Source: Proteromonas lacertae
Lineage: Eukaryota
Assembly (NCBI GenBank): GCA_002245135.1
Contig: NGBS01001179.1
Coordinates: 62,001 to 126,000, forward strand
DNA length: 64,000 bases
Direction of reading: 5' to 3'
This document shows, one piece after another, positions 39,806-54,147 of the stretch. Each line of letters opens with the position of its first letter. Within the stretch, counting starts at the first letter, position 1. Under the pieces are notes generated by a model that did not search any database, had not been told where the DNA came from, and worked only from the letters and a program-made list of their open reading frames with translations. The position numbers and the translations under genes are program-made.

Positions 39806-42800
39806 ATGAGTGTTAGTATAAATAATCTTTCCATAATAAACTACTATTAGGCAATCAAAGTTCGTTTGATGAGCTTTCAAGTATCAATACTGATGAAAAT
39901 GAAGATATGTCAGCTTTGGATATGATTGAAGAGAATACTCCTACTTCTCATTGCTCAGATAGACATGTATAGTATTTTATTATATCATAAAAAGATACCA
40001 AGAGCAAAACAAATCTGTAAGTTTGCTCGTGAATACCAGAAACAATATTTAAATCAAATTTTAGATGTAGATACATCTTTATACCCTGATAGTACCCCTG
40101 TTCCAGATGGTTTATATGAGAAATTGAAGCTAGAAGCTAAACTAAAACCTAAAAAGACTCGACAAAGAGCAATTAAAACATATGCTTTATCAGAAGTTGA
40201 CAAAGCTCTAATACTACCTCCAATAAAAGATCATGTAGTTTCTGATAAAACATATATCCAATCTACAGTTAATCGTAGAAGAAATGAAAGATTAAACAAT
40301 AAAAATCCCAAGTCACCAGTATTTGTACCAAATATGGCTAATACTATTCCAATTTGTATTGATTATACAGTTATATATATATATATATAATAGGTCAAAA
40401 CTATGATGATATTGGTCAACAATATTGGAAAGAAAAAATAAAAACCTATTCATCGCCTTCTACTAGAGGTCATTCGTCAGGAGGAAGATTAAATCAAAAA
40501 GCTATTTCTACAGTATCAGATGCAGAATTAGAAAAAGAAAGTCAAGATCATTATCCTACAAGGATAAATAAAGTGATTGATTTTCAACATGTATTATGTA
40601 AAAGAAAACATGAAAGAGAGACTCCATATGAGAAATATTTAAAAACATTACCATCTCCTTCACCATCACCTTCAGAAAAGAAAAAAGATAAAAAGGAATT
40701 AAAGAAATATAAATCACTTACAACTAATAAAGTACCATTAATAAAGCCATCTAATTACTTAGATACACTGATGAAACAATTAAATGAATTAAGTATTGTT
40801 ATTATAATTATTATATATTTGTAATAGTGACTGAAGAAAATGATAATTCAGATGCTTCTACAAATATCAATAAGTTTATGAAATTGAGTGTTTCAGATTT
40901 ATGTAAAAAAAGAGCTGCTGCTTCAATATTTTCAATATTAAAGAAACATTTTCATTATGTAAAGAAAAGAAGATTTAATAAAATGAAAGAGTTTTTAGAA
41001 TATGATCGTTTTATGGATTATCATCGAGCAGCGACACAAATACAGAGAATATACAGAGGTTATTATGATAGATTTAAATTAGAAGAGAAATCTAAAGAAT
41101 GTGGCGGAAAGAAATATTATGAGTAAAGAAGATAAACTATCACTGCAATATGAAACACATTTGAAAGCAGTTTTAATACAATCCGTTTGGAGAATGTACA
41201 AATGTAAAGAATATTATAAAATATTGAAATTCCATAATAGTTGTGTATTAAAAATACAAAAACTATGGGGTAAATATTATGATAAAATTAAAGATAATCG
41301 AGCAAAACAATTGTATATGTTACAATGTAAAAGTGCAATAATAATTGAGAAAATATTTAGAAGGTTTAGAGATAAACAAAAAGTGAAGAAAATGATATCT
41401 GAAATGACTCATGAGAAATTATCACAAATATTATCAAACCCCAAAACAAAGAATCAATATTTATTCAAACAGTTTGGTGCTACATTAAGAATAGTAAGAT
41501 GGTGTAAGAATTATCTAAAATATAAGCATATAAAGTTTATTGGACATGTAAAAGCTATAAAAATACAGAAATTATATCGTCTACATAGAAGAAAAGAGCA
41601 TATTAAATGGTTTAACAAAATGAAAAATGATCCACAGTTTCAAATAGAATGTGCAACTAAACTAGCTAAAATATGGAAAGGATATAAGGTAAGGAATTTC
41701 ATTAAAAGTGATAGTGAAGAGGTAAGAAAATATAAAGAATTTACTCCATATCCAAAACTATGCAAATATAATATTCCTAAGATAAGAAAGTTTTATTTTT
41801 CATTAATTACATTACAGTGTTTTGTTAGGACAAGTAATGCGAAGAGAGAATTGAAAGGATATAAGAAAATAAAAGAAAATAATTTAAGAAGAGTGAGACA
41901 AATGAAGTTTGTAGTAGTAATTCAAAAGTGGATAAGATGTAGATTGAATAGAAAGAAATATATAAGAAATAGGAATAATAAAGCAGCTAAAAAAATACAA
42001 AGGAAGTTTAAAAGTCGAAGAATGAAATTCCATGTTGAACATTTCTCATCAATATTAAAGTTAGCTATTTACTGTCAAAAGATAATTAGAGGATTCTTAT
42101 CAAGAAGAAGATATAAAGAAATAATGGATAGATTTAATTTAATATTAAAAACAACAATTTATCTACAATCAATATTCAGAATGTGGATATGTAAAATACA
42201 AAAATTCCAGTTGATTGATGTTAAAAGAATAGAACATGAAGATATAATCTGTGTAACGCCTATATTACGACATTGTTATAGATATATAAGACATAGAGAA
42301 ATATTACGAAGTGCAAATAGTAATTTGGATACTGACAGTGTATTTCAATCAATATATAGACATTTCTGTGGTAGATTTACTCGTAATACAACAATGATAT
42401 TAGAAAATCCACAGTATATAACCTTTATAAGAGAAGCACCAAAATTATTAGATAGAAATTTCACTTTACATGATGCTGATTTGATATATAATAGAATGAA
42501 AGATAATGAAGTTAGTCATATGGTTTATAATCAATTTATAAAAGCATTATATGCAATAGCTAATAAGAAATTCCCTAAAACTGAGAAATATTATGATACA
42601 AAAGGTCAAGATGGTAGATTAATCAGATTATGTGAACAATATTTATGTAATGATAATATTCATTGGAGTAGACAATGTAAAGATCAGTTAGAATCGCAAG
42701 TACATATATATGTAGATGAAGCTGTTTTTACATTACAGAGATTCTGTGGTTATATATTAGCAAATCAAAGAAGAATTCGTATAATTTATTTATTATTTAT

Positions 42801-44743
42801 TATTTGTTTATATAGATAAAAAAGTAGTTGAAAGACAGAATGCTCAAAAAGAATATCGAGAAAGATGTGCTGCTAAAATCCAATCAACATTTAGATCTCA
42901 TCAAGTAAGAAAACAACTTCAGCAATTAGCATTGAAAAGATATGAAAAGTATTATGATTGTGAGAATGGATTGTACTTTTATAAAGATAAAAACTCTAAA
43001 AAGACTGAGACAATGATGAAAAAGAAACCACTAATCTTATACAAAGCAGATATAAAGAAAGTAACCAAAATATATAATCCAAATGATGATTTTACTGTAA
43101 TTTGTAAATACTGTAAAAAGAATTTATCAACAACTTTATGTTGTGACTGTAAATTAACATCCTGTGAAATATGTAATAAAACTTCACATAGAAATAATGA
43201 AATAATGAAATTTCATGTTCATGTACCAATTAAATACTGTATTAAATGTGAAAATACTCTATTTAATCGTGTTGCTACAGTATGTTGTACTGAATGTAAT
43301 GATTTACTATGTGATATATGTTTTCATGAATGGCATAAGCATGGTAAAATGTCTAAACATACATATACTGAGTTAGTAGATCATTGTCAATTATGTAATG
43401 AAAGACCAAGTAGATGGAATTGTGAGGATTGCAATCAGAATATATGTTATCGATGTTATAAAACAACACATACTAATAGAATTATGTTGAAACATAAATT
43501 AACACCCATTCCATTTATTAATATTGAATGTAAGAAGTATTTGTTAGAACAAGAAAGAATAAAGAAAGAAGAAGAAGAAGAAGAATTGAATAGATTGTAT
43601 ATATATTATTATTTATTAATTGTTATTGTCCTAAATAGTAACCAAACAATCAAAGAAGAGCCTGAAATAAAAGAATTAACTGGAACAGAAAAGAACTTGT
43701 CCAAACTACAAGCAAAATGGAGAGGAATGAGAATAAGAAAATTGAAGTTATTAGAAAGAGAAAAGAAATCTGTTCATAAATATTTAAGATGTAGAAGAAG
43801 ATCTGTTTTGCAATATAAAGATGGAACATTTGATTTAGATACTGTTGATTTACCATCACCACCCAGTATTCATATTATATATATTTAATAGAGAATGAAA
43901 ATGCCGAATTATTAAAGTCGTTAAGAGCAACACAACCTGCACCAAATCCTTTAGAAGATCCATACTTTGTTCCTGGTAAAGGTGAAATAAAGAAAGGAGA
44001 AAAAGTGATTAAAACAACAGATGATGTTAGAAAATACTTAAAGAGAGGTGATCCATTCAAATTCATTGCAAATAGTGATGGTGAATGTAAAGAATTTACA
44101 TATGAAGTATCTGTTGATCCAAAAGATGAATATACCTGTGATACTATTCCATTGAATCGTCAATATTCAGGTGATGATAAGAATGATATAACTTTGACAA
44201 AAATAGATAAAGTTAAAACAACAGAGAAAATAGGTGAAACGTTTAATACATTAGGAAAAGCATTTGGAAAAATAATTGGCACAACAGATGTAGAAGAAGA
44301 AAATGTAGAAGATTTAAATGCAGAACCACGTATAAATAATTATAACTTATATTATTTAATTAGCTGGTCCACCTTCTGCTCCACCTCCTCCTTCCAAACC
44401 AGCATTACCTTATGGTTGGAGTGAAGAAAAAGATCAAGAAGGAAATGTATATTATTATAATAAAACAACTGGCGAAAGTCAATGGGATAGACCCACTTTG
44501 GAATGCTTATTAAGGAATAGTAAATCATTTTTGAGTAATTCTTCTTCCAATTATTATTCAATATATCAATTTTATACACCATCCAAAGAGAATTTGGATA
44601 GTAATAGAGATTCAAAACCTGCTTTGTCCAATACTGCAAGCTCAAGATCAAATGTTAATGTTGTTTCAACATTTAAGAAGAAAAGTAAAAAAGATGATTC
44701 TATTAAAAATGTTAATCCTACTAGTAGTATTAAATTTGGATAA
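39806..44743 (+). CDS. Multidomain protein: IQ repeats, p25alpha (TPPP-like) domain, three B-box-like zinc fingers, WW domain(s)
   Basis: IQ motifs (AATQIQRIYRGY, IQSVWRMY, LQAKWRG); p25alpha-like FIREAPKLLDRNFTLHDADLIYNRMK..YNQFIKALYAIANKKFP (about 42340-42576); CxxC..CxxC..CxxC..H..H x3 (43100-43500); WW LPYGWSEEKDQEGNVYYYNKTTGESQWDRP. Several about 30-nt introns and frameshifts. Confidence 0.8.
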
Positions 44744-44926
44744 ATAACTTAATTTGCTTTTTTATTTATGTTTCTGCTCAAAGTTTTGATAATCAAGAAA
44801 ATAACTGAACATTATCAACTTTTTTAATTCTTTTTTGAAATTAACAGCCTATAAGGCATTTTTTCCTGTTTAATATTTTTGAAATCAATTTTATTTATAA
44901 TTTATTTGCAAATTAGATCAGTTTAG

Positions 44927-46652
44927 ATGCGAGTTGGCTGTGAAAGTATAAATATTGTGTTGTTATATCCTATAGTTAAAGGGAAATATATATGTTTTGT
45001 TCTGCTGCTACTAGGAATGATATTTCCATTTATAACTTTCAGAACTCCAACAGCTTATGATAATCTAAATTTGCTGTATATATATCATTTCTATATGTAG
45101 AGACTTTGATGATAGTATTAGAGGAAATTTAAGAAATGAAGATCATAATATAATACCTCCAATAATCCTACCAAAAATAACAATGCCACAAATACATTCA
45201 TTACAGCAAGAACATATTAATATTCAAGATGTACCATTACCTACAGAACTTAAACTTAATTGTCCTGAATTTTCAGAGTCTAGTTATGCCAAAGGTGAAT
45301 ATGAGTGTATTACAGAAGAAAATGACAAATCTGCATTAAAATCACAGTTAGATGTAATGGCAGAATATGTAAGAAAGTCAATGAAGTTTTATTGGGATAG
45401 TTATGTGAAATGTGCTTATGGATTTGATGAATTGCAACCTGTAACCTGTGGAGGTCAAAATCCGTGGGGTGGTATAGGAATGACAATAGTTGATAACTTA
45501 GATACATTGTATTTATTCGATTTAAAACAGGAATTTGAAAAAGCACAAGAATGGGTAGAAAGTAACTTTAATGCAGTTAATATGGGTACAGAAATACCAT
45601 TTAGTGACATTGTGCATAAACTACTAGGAGGTTTACTGTCTACATACAGTTTAACGTATAAAGATATGTTTAAGAATAAAGCGGAGGATATTGGAAATAG
45701 ATTAATCAAAACAGTAGGAGATGCAATATTTCCACCTGCAGCTGTGTCTTTAAAAGATTTTAGTGGTTCATCGTTTGAATTAATAACAGCAGAAGATGCT
45801 ACAACATGTCAATTAGAACTTCGTTATTTATCACGTCTTACAAATGAACAGGATTATGAGAAATTTGGAATGAGAATATACTCTATTTTTTCTGAACATA
45901 CATCTCGAGGTTTGATAGGTAATTCAATAAAAGATCAAAATCGATTAACAGGGGATGTTGTATATATAGGATTTTATGATTATGAATTGAAAACATGGAT
46001 GCTAGGTGGAGAAAAAGAAAATGTATTGAAGAATATGTTTAAAAGAGCAAAGTTAGCAATAATTAATCAAATGTTATATCATTCTCCTGATGATACTTGT
46101 TATGCTGGTTATTTAAGTGGTCCAAGGAGTAGAAGAGTATTTCATGCCGAAATGGCACTTAGACAATGTCATATACCTGCATTAATTGGATTATCAGCTT
46201 CAACTAGTGATAATCCAACTGTTTATAATAATGAAATAAGAAATGCTCGATCTTTAATGTATTCTTGTTATCAATTGTATATGAAACAAGCCACTAAGCT
46301 TGGTCCTAAGATTATTAATTTTGATAATGATGCTACTGAGATTGTAGATCCTAGTAATGATCTAGAAGGAGATATTGCAGAATCTCTGTTAATCTTATAT
46401 CAAGCTACCAATGATCCAATATTTCAGAAATGGGGATGGGACATATATTTAGCTATTGAGAAGAATGCGAAAGTAGAATATGGATATAGTGGTTTGAAAA
46501 ATGTAAATGAACAAGGTAGTTTTTCTAATAAAGTGGATAGTTCGTTTGGTAGTAGGACTTTAAAATATTTGTATTTATTATTTTCCACGCGAAATAGAAT
46601 AGACTTAAGAAACTATGTTTTTAATGCTGGAGGTCATCCTTTTGAACTTTAG
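44927..46652 (+). CDS. GH47 alpha-1,2-mannosidase-like paralogue A, catalytically degenerate
   Basis: Two short 5' exons encode a type II anchor; GH47 scaffold (WDSYVKCAYGFDELQP, TIVDNLDTLY, TLKYLYLLF) but FSDIVHK, LEGDIAES and FNAGGHP replace FETTIR, LRPETVES and FNTEAHP. Confidence 0.85.
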
Positions 46653-46830
46653 TAATCTATTTCAATAATTTAGATAGTTTACTTTTTTTAATGTTTATTA
46701 TATTATCGTTTGTAATTGTTGATGAAAAGATAAAAAGTAAAAATATTAGCAGGTTTGAATGTTGATTTGTATTGTTTTGAGTTAATTTTCTCTTTTACCT
46801 TAAATCTAGAGAAGATTTTTCAATTATTAC

Positions 46831-47111
46831 ATGGCAGTTGGTATATTTATTTCTTCTATAATACAATAGTATCGTTTCAATGTTGTTTAAGTTCTGCTTT
46901 GATCATTTTAATAATTATAATATGGAATTCAATCACCAGAGCAACTCCCCTATTGGCCATTGAGTATAAAACAACATTATTAATATTTATGGTTAGATCA
47001 GAAATGAATAATCACCACAATTTGAGGAATTCTGATGGAACTGTAGCACCTACTGTATTAACAAATAAGAATAATATAGATAATCAACAAATGCCTAGAA
47101 TTAGATTGTAG
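46831..47111 (+). CDS. 72-aa membrane-anchor microprotein with GH47-like 5' exon layout
   Basis: Exons 46831-46840, 46870-46963 and 46997-47111 give MAVVSFQCCLSSALIILIIIIWNSITRATPLLAIESEMNN...RIRL*; TGTTTGTT at 47191. Confidence 0.55.
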
Positions 47112-47775
47112 ATTAATATGAATAATTTTAACTCTCTTTCAACTCAAAATTCATTATTAATTTATATTTTTGTTATTATTGTTGTTATTTTGTTTGTTTT
47201 TCGATTTTTAGAGAAATAGTCTTTATTTTTTTAAGCTTTTCATCAATATAATTTCAAATTGTTTTTATTCTTTATTTATAATCGCTAATTAGATTAAAAA
47301 AACTAAAGCATAAGAACATTACCTCAAAGTGATATAATTCCAGAGCAACTCCACCAGAGATTATTCAAAACCTATTGGATCAGAAAATTGAAGTAATTAA
47401 ACTATATAACAACTGTTATGCAGAGAATAGATATATAAATATACATCCTTAATTCAATCATAATTGTTAAATAATTTATACTATAGATATATGATAATTA
47501 TTGTATTGTATTGATTGTTTACTAACTAAATAAATATATATCGCTTATATATAGCTTGATATAAAGAACAAAAAACACAACTTCACAAGTATAAACAATT
47601 TATCATTCAAAATATATGTAAAATACATCATACTGATTATTTTAATATTGATATATATGTTAAATTTCTTTCTATTTTTTGTCAAAATATTTTGTGACAT
47701 GTGTAATGTCAGAATTGAGTAATATAATGTAATATTTGATTATTTTAAATTATTTGATTTTGTGTTTCAAATAAA

Positions 47776-49517
47776 ATGTCATTATGTATTTAACAACTAT
47801 AATCATGCTTATAGGTTCAATTAAAGGATTATTATGTTATTCAATGATATTGTCAATTTGTTTTATGTGGATCTATGTAGTGAAAACAACATCATTTATA
47901 GTTCAAGAGTATAGATATAGATATATATTTTTTTTAGAAATGAAAAAGCATTAAAAAATAGAGGAGGTAATAAGCTATTATATCAGCAATCGCAACAAGA
48001 GCCATTAAAGTTAAACCTATCACATCCTCCTGAAAAATTATCCTTCACAGAAACTGATTTTAGTTTGAATAACTTAACCCATGGATTTTACAAAACAAAA
48101 ATAGTAGAATCTGAGAAAGAATCAATAAAAGAACAAAGTCAAATAATGGCTGAACATGTGAAAAATTCAATGAAATATTTTTGGAATGGATATGAAAAAT
48201 GTGCATTTGGATATGATGAAGTTCAACCAATCAGTTGTAAAGGTCGAAACAACTGGGGTGGAATCGGAATGACAATAGTTGATAGTTTAGACACATTATA
48301 TATAATGGATTTAAAAGATGAATTCAATCGATGTAAAGACTGGATAAAGAAGAATTTGGATTTTAACAGCATATCAAAGAAATTGATACTCTTTGAAATA
48401 AATATAAGAATATTAGGTGGTTTATTAAGTGCATATTCCTTATCCAAAGAAGAAATATTCAAAGAAAAAGCAATTGATATTGGAAATCGATTTTATAAAT
48501 CATTTGAAAGTGAAACATTTCCATATGTATATTTATAATATATATGTTTATAGCGTGAAATAACTCTCTCTAATAGTAGTGGATTGGGGAAAAATATAAA
48601 TGCAGCAGAAGCAGGAACATTTCAATTAGAATATATATATTTATCAAAAATATCAGGAGATTCAAAGTTCAAAGAAAAAGCCAAAAAATCACATGAAAAA
48701 TTGTTTACATATGCAAAAGATGGTTTTATACCTGCAAAATTAGGAAGTGGTAAAGTATCGTTTGGATCTGAAGGTGATTCGGTATATGAATACTTCTTAA
48801 AAACATGGATATTAACTGGTAAAACAGATAATGTATTTTATTTATTTATATAATAATAATAGAAATTAAGAGAGATGTACGACAATTCAATATTCTCTTT
48901 AAAGACTAAATTAACTCAAAGATGCAAATCACAGTTTTTATATGCAGATAGTATAATTAGATCCAATAGACATGATGGAATAATGGAACATTTAACCTGT
49001 TTTGTGCCAGGGTTAATTGCTTTAGATACATACATTCATTCAACTAGTAAAGATGAAGAGAATTTGCAATATGCAAAATCATTGGTTTATACATGTTATC
49101 AGATGTATATGAGACAAAAAACACATATGGCTCCTGAATCTGTTAAATTTGGAAATGGTGATATGGAAGTGAAATTCCCTTATGATATATTAAGACCAGA
49201 AACTGTTGAATCTTTGTATATTTTGCATGAAGTTACAGGCGATCCGATTTTTTTGTATATTACAATATTTATGTTATTTATTATATAGAAAATGGGGATG
49301 GGATATTTACAAAGCATTTGAAACAGCAACAAAGACTGAATTTGGATACAGCGGCATGAAAGATGTAAATAAGCCAAATGTTTTCAGAGACAGTACGGAG
49401 TCATTTTTTGCAGCAGAAACGTTGAAATACTTGTATTTATTATTCGATACAAACCATAAAATCAATTTGAAAGAGTATGTGTTTAATACAGAAGCACATC
49501 CTTTTAAACTTGATTAG
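47776..49517 (+). CDS. GH47 class I alpha-1,2-mannosidase paralogue B, catalytic motifs intact
   Basis: FEINIRILGG, DSVYEYFLK, EHLTCF, LRPETVES, ESFFAAETLKYLYLLF, FNTEAHP; five introns. Confidence 0.9.
48105..48363. repeat. About 250-bp identical tract shared by GH47 B, C (50167..50413) and F (57256..57514, inverted)
   Basis: Base-by-base comparison shows no differences, including third codon positions. Confidence 0.95.
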
Positions 49518-49692
49518 AATAGAATGTAGAATAATAGTGACTAGAATTTAAGTAATTATTTGATTTAATGTATGTATTTATTTGAAAATAATTTTGTCAA
49601 ACGTGTTTGAGATATTTGACTGAAATTGAATTTTCTTTCATAAATCGTTCACTAGGTATTATTTTCATAAATAAAAAGCCTTAATACATACA

Positions 49693-51571
49693 ATGGTCTG
49701 TGGTTTATGTATGCATTGAAAATACATTTAATAGCTACAAAGAAATGTTGTTTTTGCTGTTCTTTACTTATTGTAATGTCAGTTATGCTTTCCACCATTG
49801 GCTCATTGTCAAAAGAGATGGCAGAACTGTATATATGTTTCATATTATTAAATAGCCAAAAAATGAATAATAAAAAACTGTTAAGAGGAAATTATGAAAA
49901 TAATGATATAGATGATAAAAAAGAAGTTAATGAACCTAAACAAATTATTACCAATATTCCGACAAAAACTGATGAAAAGAAAAATGAAGAAGAAAAGAAA
50001 GTAAAGGAGGAAAACCAAGTAGAGAAGAAAGAAGAAAAGAAAGAAGAAAAACAAGATGAAATACAGAATGTAAAGAATGGAGAAAAGCTTCCAGATACTT
50101 TACATTTTACTTCTCAATCAATCTCAGAAAAAGATTTCATATTTGGAAAATATGAAAGTCAATTAATAGAATCTGAGAAAGAATCAATAAAAGAACAAAG
50201 TCAAATAATGGCTGAACATGTGAAAAATTCAATGAAATATTTTTGGAATGGATATGAAAAATGTGCATTTGGATATGATGAAGTTCAACCAATCAGTTGT
50301 AAAGGTCGAAACAACTGGGGTGGAATCGGAATGACAATAGTTGATAGTTTAGACACATTATATATAATGGATTTAAAAGATGAATTCAATCGATGTAAAG
50401 ACTGGATAAAGAATAATCTAGATTTCAATAAAATACATAAGGGATTAAGTCAATTTGAAATAACAATTAGAGTACTAGGTGGTTTATTAAGTGCATATTC
50501 CTTATCCAAAGAAGAAATATTCAAAGAAAAAGCAATTGATATTGGAAATCGATTTTATAATTCATTTGCAACAAATCCATTTCCAAAAGTATTCTAAATT
50601 ATAATTTTTATTCAATATATTTTAGAGAACCATCAATTTAGCTGAAAATAGAGCATCAGGAACAAGAATAAATATGGCGGAAGCAGGAACATTTCAATTA
50701 GAATTCAATTATTTATCAAAAATATCAGGAGATCCAAAATATGAAAATAAAGCTCATCAAAGTCAATTAGAATTAAACAGAAAAATGAGTGATGGATTAT
50801 TTAGAACATATGTTACTAGTGGTTCATTTAGTGCCAGTGGAGAAGTAGATTCTGCATATGAATATATATTAAAGTGTTGGATTCAAAGTGGAAAAAAAGA
50901 TAAAGTATAATGATAAAGAAAATCATGTTTCTATTTTTATTTATTTATAGTTATTAAGAGAAATGTTTGATAAAAACAAAGAAGGAATTATCAATAAATT
51001 ATCTATTCGTAATGGTGCTGGATTAATTCATGTTGGTTACTTGCAAGGTTCTAGACCATCTCCAATTCAAGAACATTTAGCTTGTTTTATTCCTGGATTA
51101 ATTGCTTTAGAAATATATCATAATAAAAATAATGTAAATAAAGAAAGAGATTTGGAATATGCAAAATCTTTAGCTTATACTTGTTATCAGACATATATGA
51201 GGATGAAAACACATTTATCACCTGAAAGAGCGATATTCAATAATGAGGGATTTGAAAGTAAGTTGAAATTTAACATTTTAAGACCAGAGACAGTTGAATC
51301 GTTATATTTATTAAATCAAATTACTGGTGATCCTATATTTAAGAAGTGGGGTTGGGATATTTACTTAGCATTTGAAAAAGAAAGTAAAGTATCCAATGGC
51401 TATTCATCTATCCGTGATGTAAATATTCATGGATCAAATCAAGATAATACTGAATCATTTTGGTCAGCTGAAACACTCAAATATTTATATTTGTTGTTTG
51501 ATACTCATCAGAAGATAGATTTAGATCAGTATGTATTTAACACTGAAGCTCATCCTTTTAATATAAATTAA
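49693..51571 (+). CDS. GH47 class I alpha-1,2-mannosidase paralogue C, catalytic motifs intact
   Basis: FEITIRVLGG, DSAYEYILK, EHLACF, LRPETVES, ESFWSAETLK, FNTEAHP; four introns. Confidence 0.9.
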
Positions 51572-51813
51572 ACTTGACAATTAGTTTACATATTATTTAA
51601 TCTCTTTGTTTAGCTATTCTTCAGATAATCAAAACCAATTTTCTAAGTTAAACACACTTTTATCAATTGTAGGAACATTAGTAAAGTGAATGAAAAGTGA
51701 ACTATTTTTAATTTAAAAGTATAACTGACAATTTCAAACTCATTAATTTTGTTGATATATTAAAACAACATAATATCAATCAGTTTTAACTTGTAGAATA
51801 TCACTCGTAAATA

Positions 51814-53799
51814 ATGCGAATAGAATTGATCAAAATATGTATATATTACAGTAACTCAATAATAGGTCGGAATAAAACAGTTCTTATATATTTATTGATT
51901 ATTATTGCATGGATGCCATTAATAATAATAACATCGAAAAGCAACATATTAGAGCCAGTACCAAAGTATCTATTCTTTGATAATATCTATTATATATATA
52001 TTTAGAGTAGTAGATGCTGGTGTAAAGCCTTCAGATAAAATAGAAATTAAGGAGTATGTTGAGGCAATGAAAAAATATACACCAGTTCCCACAGAAGATC
52101 CTACATCATATATATTGCACACAACTAACAAAGACCCACCAACTGCACTAAATATAAAGTGTACTTTGTTTTCTGAGGATGAATACAAGAATGGGACTTA
52201 TTCTTGTATGCCAAATGATGATGATAAGATATTAATCGATGAACAAACTAGAATTATGTCATATTTTGTTAAAAAGTCGATGAAATTTTATTGGGATAAT
52301 TATGTGAAATGTGCGTTTGGGTTTGATGAATTAATGCCGTTAACATGTTCAGGTAGGAATAATTGGGGTGGTATAGGAATGACAATAATAGACAATCTAG
52401 ATACATTATATTTAATGGATTTAAAACTTGAATTTCAAAAAGCTGATAGTTTTGTAAAGAATAATTTAAATATATCAAATATAGACGCATTTATACCATT
52501 TCATGTAATATCAACGCATATTTTGGGTAGTTTATTAAGTATGGCAGGATTATCAATAGATGAATATTATAAAAAAACAGCTGTTGAATTAGCAGATAAG
52601 TTATTGCATCAATTTGAAAAATCTACATTTCCACCAGATGAAATTAATTTAAAGCAAGATACGCACAGGAATTATGATAGAGTAATTCTTCCTTATGTAA
52701 CATCATTTGGATTAGAATTTCGATATTTATCTCAAATAACATCAGATCCAGTGTATGATAGAAAAGGTTTAGGAGTGTATATGTTAATGACTCAACACAC
52801 AGCAAATGGATTTCTATCAGAATGGGTATTTCATCGTAGATTGTGTGGTAAAGTATATTATCATTCATTCTATTCAAATACTGTAAAAATGTTTATTGTA
52901 GGTGGAGAAAAAGAATATGATATTCATGCAATGTTATTAAGATCGAAGAATGCTATGAAAAGAAGATTAATTAGTAATAGAAATAGAAATAAATTCTATT
53001 ATTTAGGTGAATTAAGAGAATATTATGTTTATTGGCATGAAGTTGTTCAACATAATTCTCGATTTAATGTAAAAGTGTCATGTGGTGCTGCTGGTTATTA
53101 TGCTTTATTAGCATCAACTGCTGAAAGTCCTGCTGCTTATGATGATAATATAAGAATAGCAAAAGCATTAGCTTATACATGTTATAGATTATATATGGAT
53201 AATAAAATAACAAAGTTATCTCCTGATAGTCTTCAGTTTAATATAACAGAACCAAATATAATGGAAACTCCTTCACCAACGACTGATATACCTCAACAAA
53301 ATCAACAGCAAAATCAACAACAACAACAGAATCAAGATCAGAATGAACAACAAAATCAACCAAAAATCAACAAACCAACAACAACAACAACAACAACCAG
53401 CAAAATCCACAAGATACACAACCTCCAACAACTCCAACACCAGAAACACCTCCACCAATTTTCGATATGAAAGGAGAAGACACAGTTATTTTAGAAAACT
53501 CTCATTCCTTACAATCATCAACTATTGAATCTCTTTTTATTCTTCATCAGTTGACAAGAGATCCAATTTTTCAAAAATGGGGATGGGATATATATTTATC
53601 AATAGAAAATAGTGCTAAAGTTCCTTACGGTTACAGTGAAATGAGTGATGTTAATGATCCTAAGAGTCACAACAATAGAGTAAGACCTATGTTTGGATCT
53701 AAAGTAATGAAATATCTTTACCTGCTTTTAGCTCCAAAACACAGAATAGATTTTAGGAACTATGTATTTAACGATCAAGGACATCCCTTTGAATTGTAA
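51814..53799 (+). CDS. GH47-like paralogue D, catalytically degenerate, with Q/N/T/P insert
   Basis: Scaffold kept, but FHVISTH, SFYSNTVK, LQSSTIES and FNDQGHP sit at catalytic positions; one frameshift within the low-complexity insert. Confidence 0.85.
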
Positions 53800-54147
53800 T
53801 ATGTTATAGATAACAACCTTTTTCACGTTAGTTTATTATTTATGATTTTAACGATTAATTCAATTTTATGTTTCTTTAACATCTGTTTGTATCTGTTTAT
53901 CAGCATTTTGATAATATTTGATAGTTTCATGGAGTATATGCATTTCTATGACATTAAGTTCAATTTAAAAACGTTTATGAAACGAATATGTTTGTACAGT
54001 GATCACAAACATTTTATATAAATCAACACTTTTTTTTTGTTATTATCTTTTCGAAATTCTTACTCCATCTTATCAGATATAACAAATATTATATTTTCTC
54101 CTATTAGTAATACATTAGTGCAATCCAAAAGATTTGACTATAATATC

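Noticed and set aside
46808..46818. AGAGAAGATT resembling the U6 snRNA core
   Set aside because: Flanking U6 sequence is absent; a chance match.
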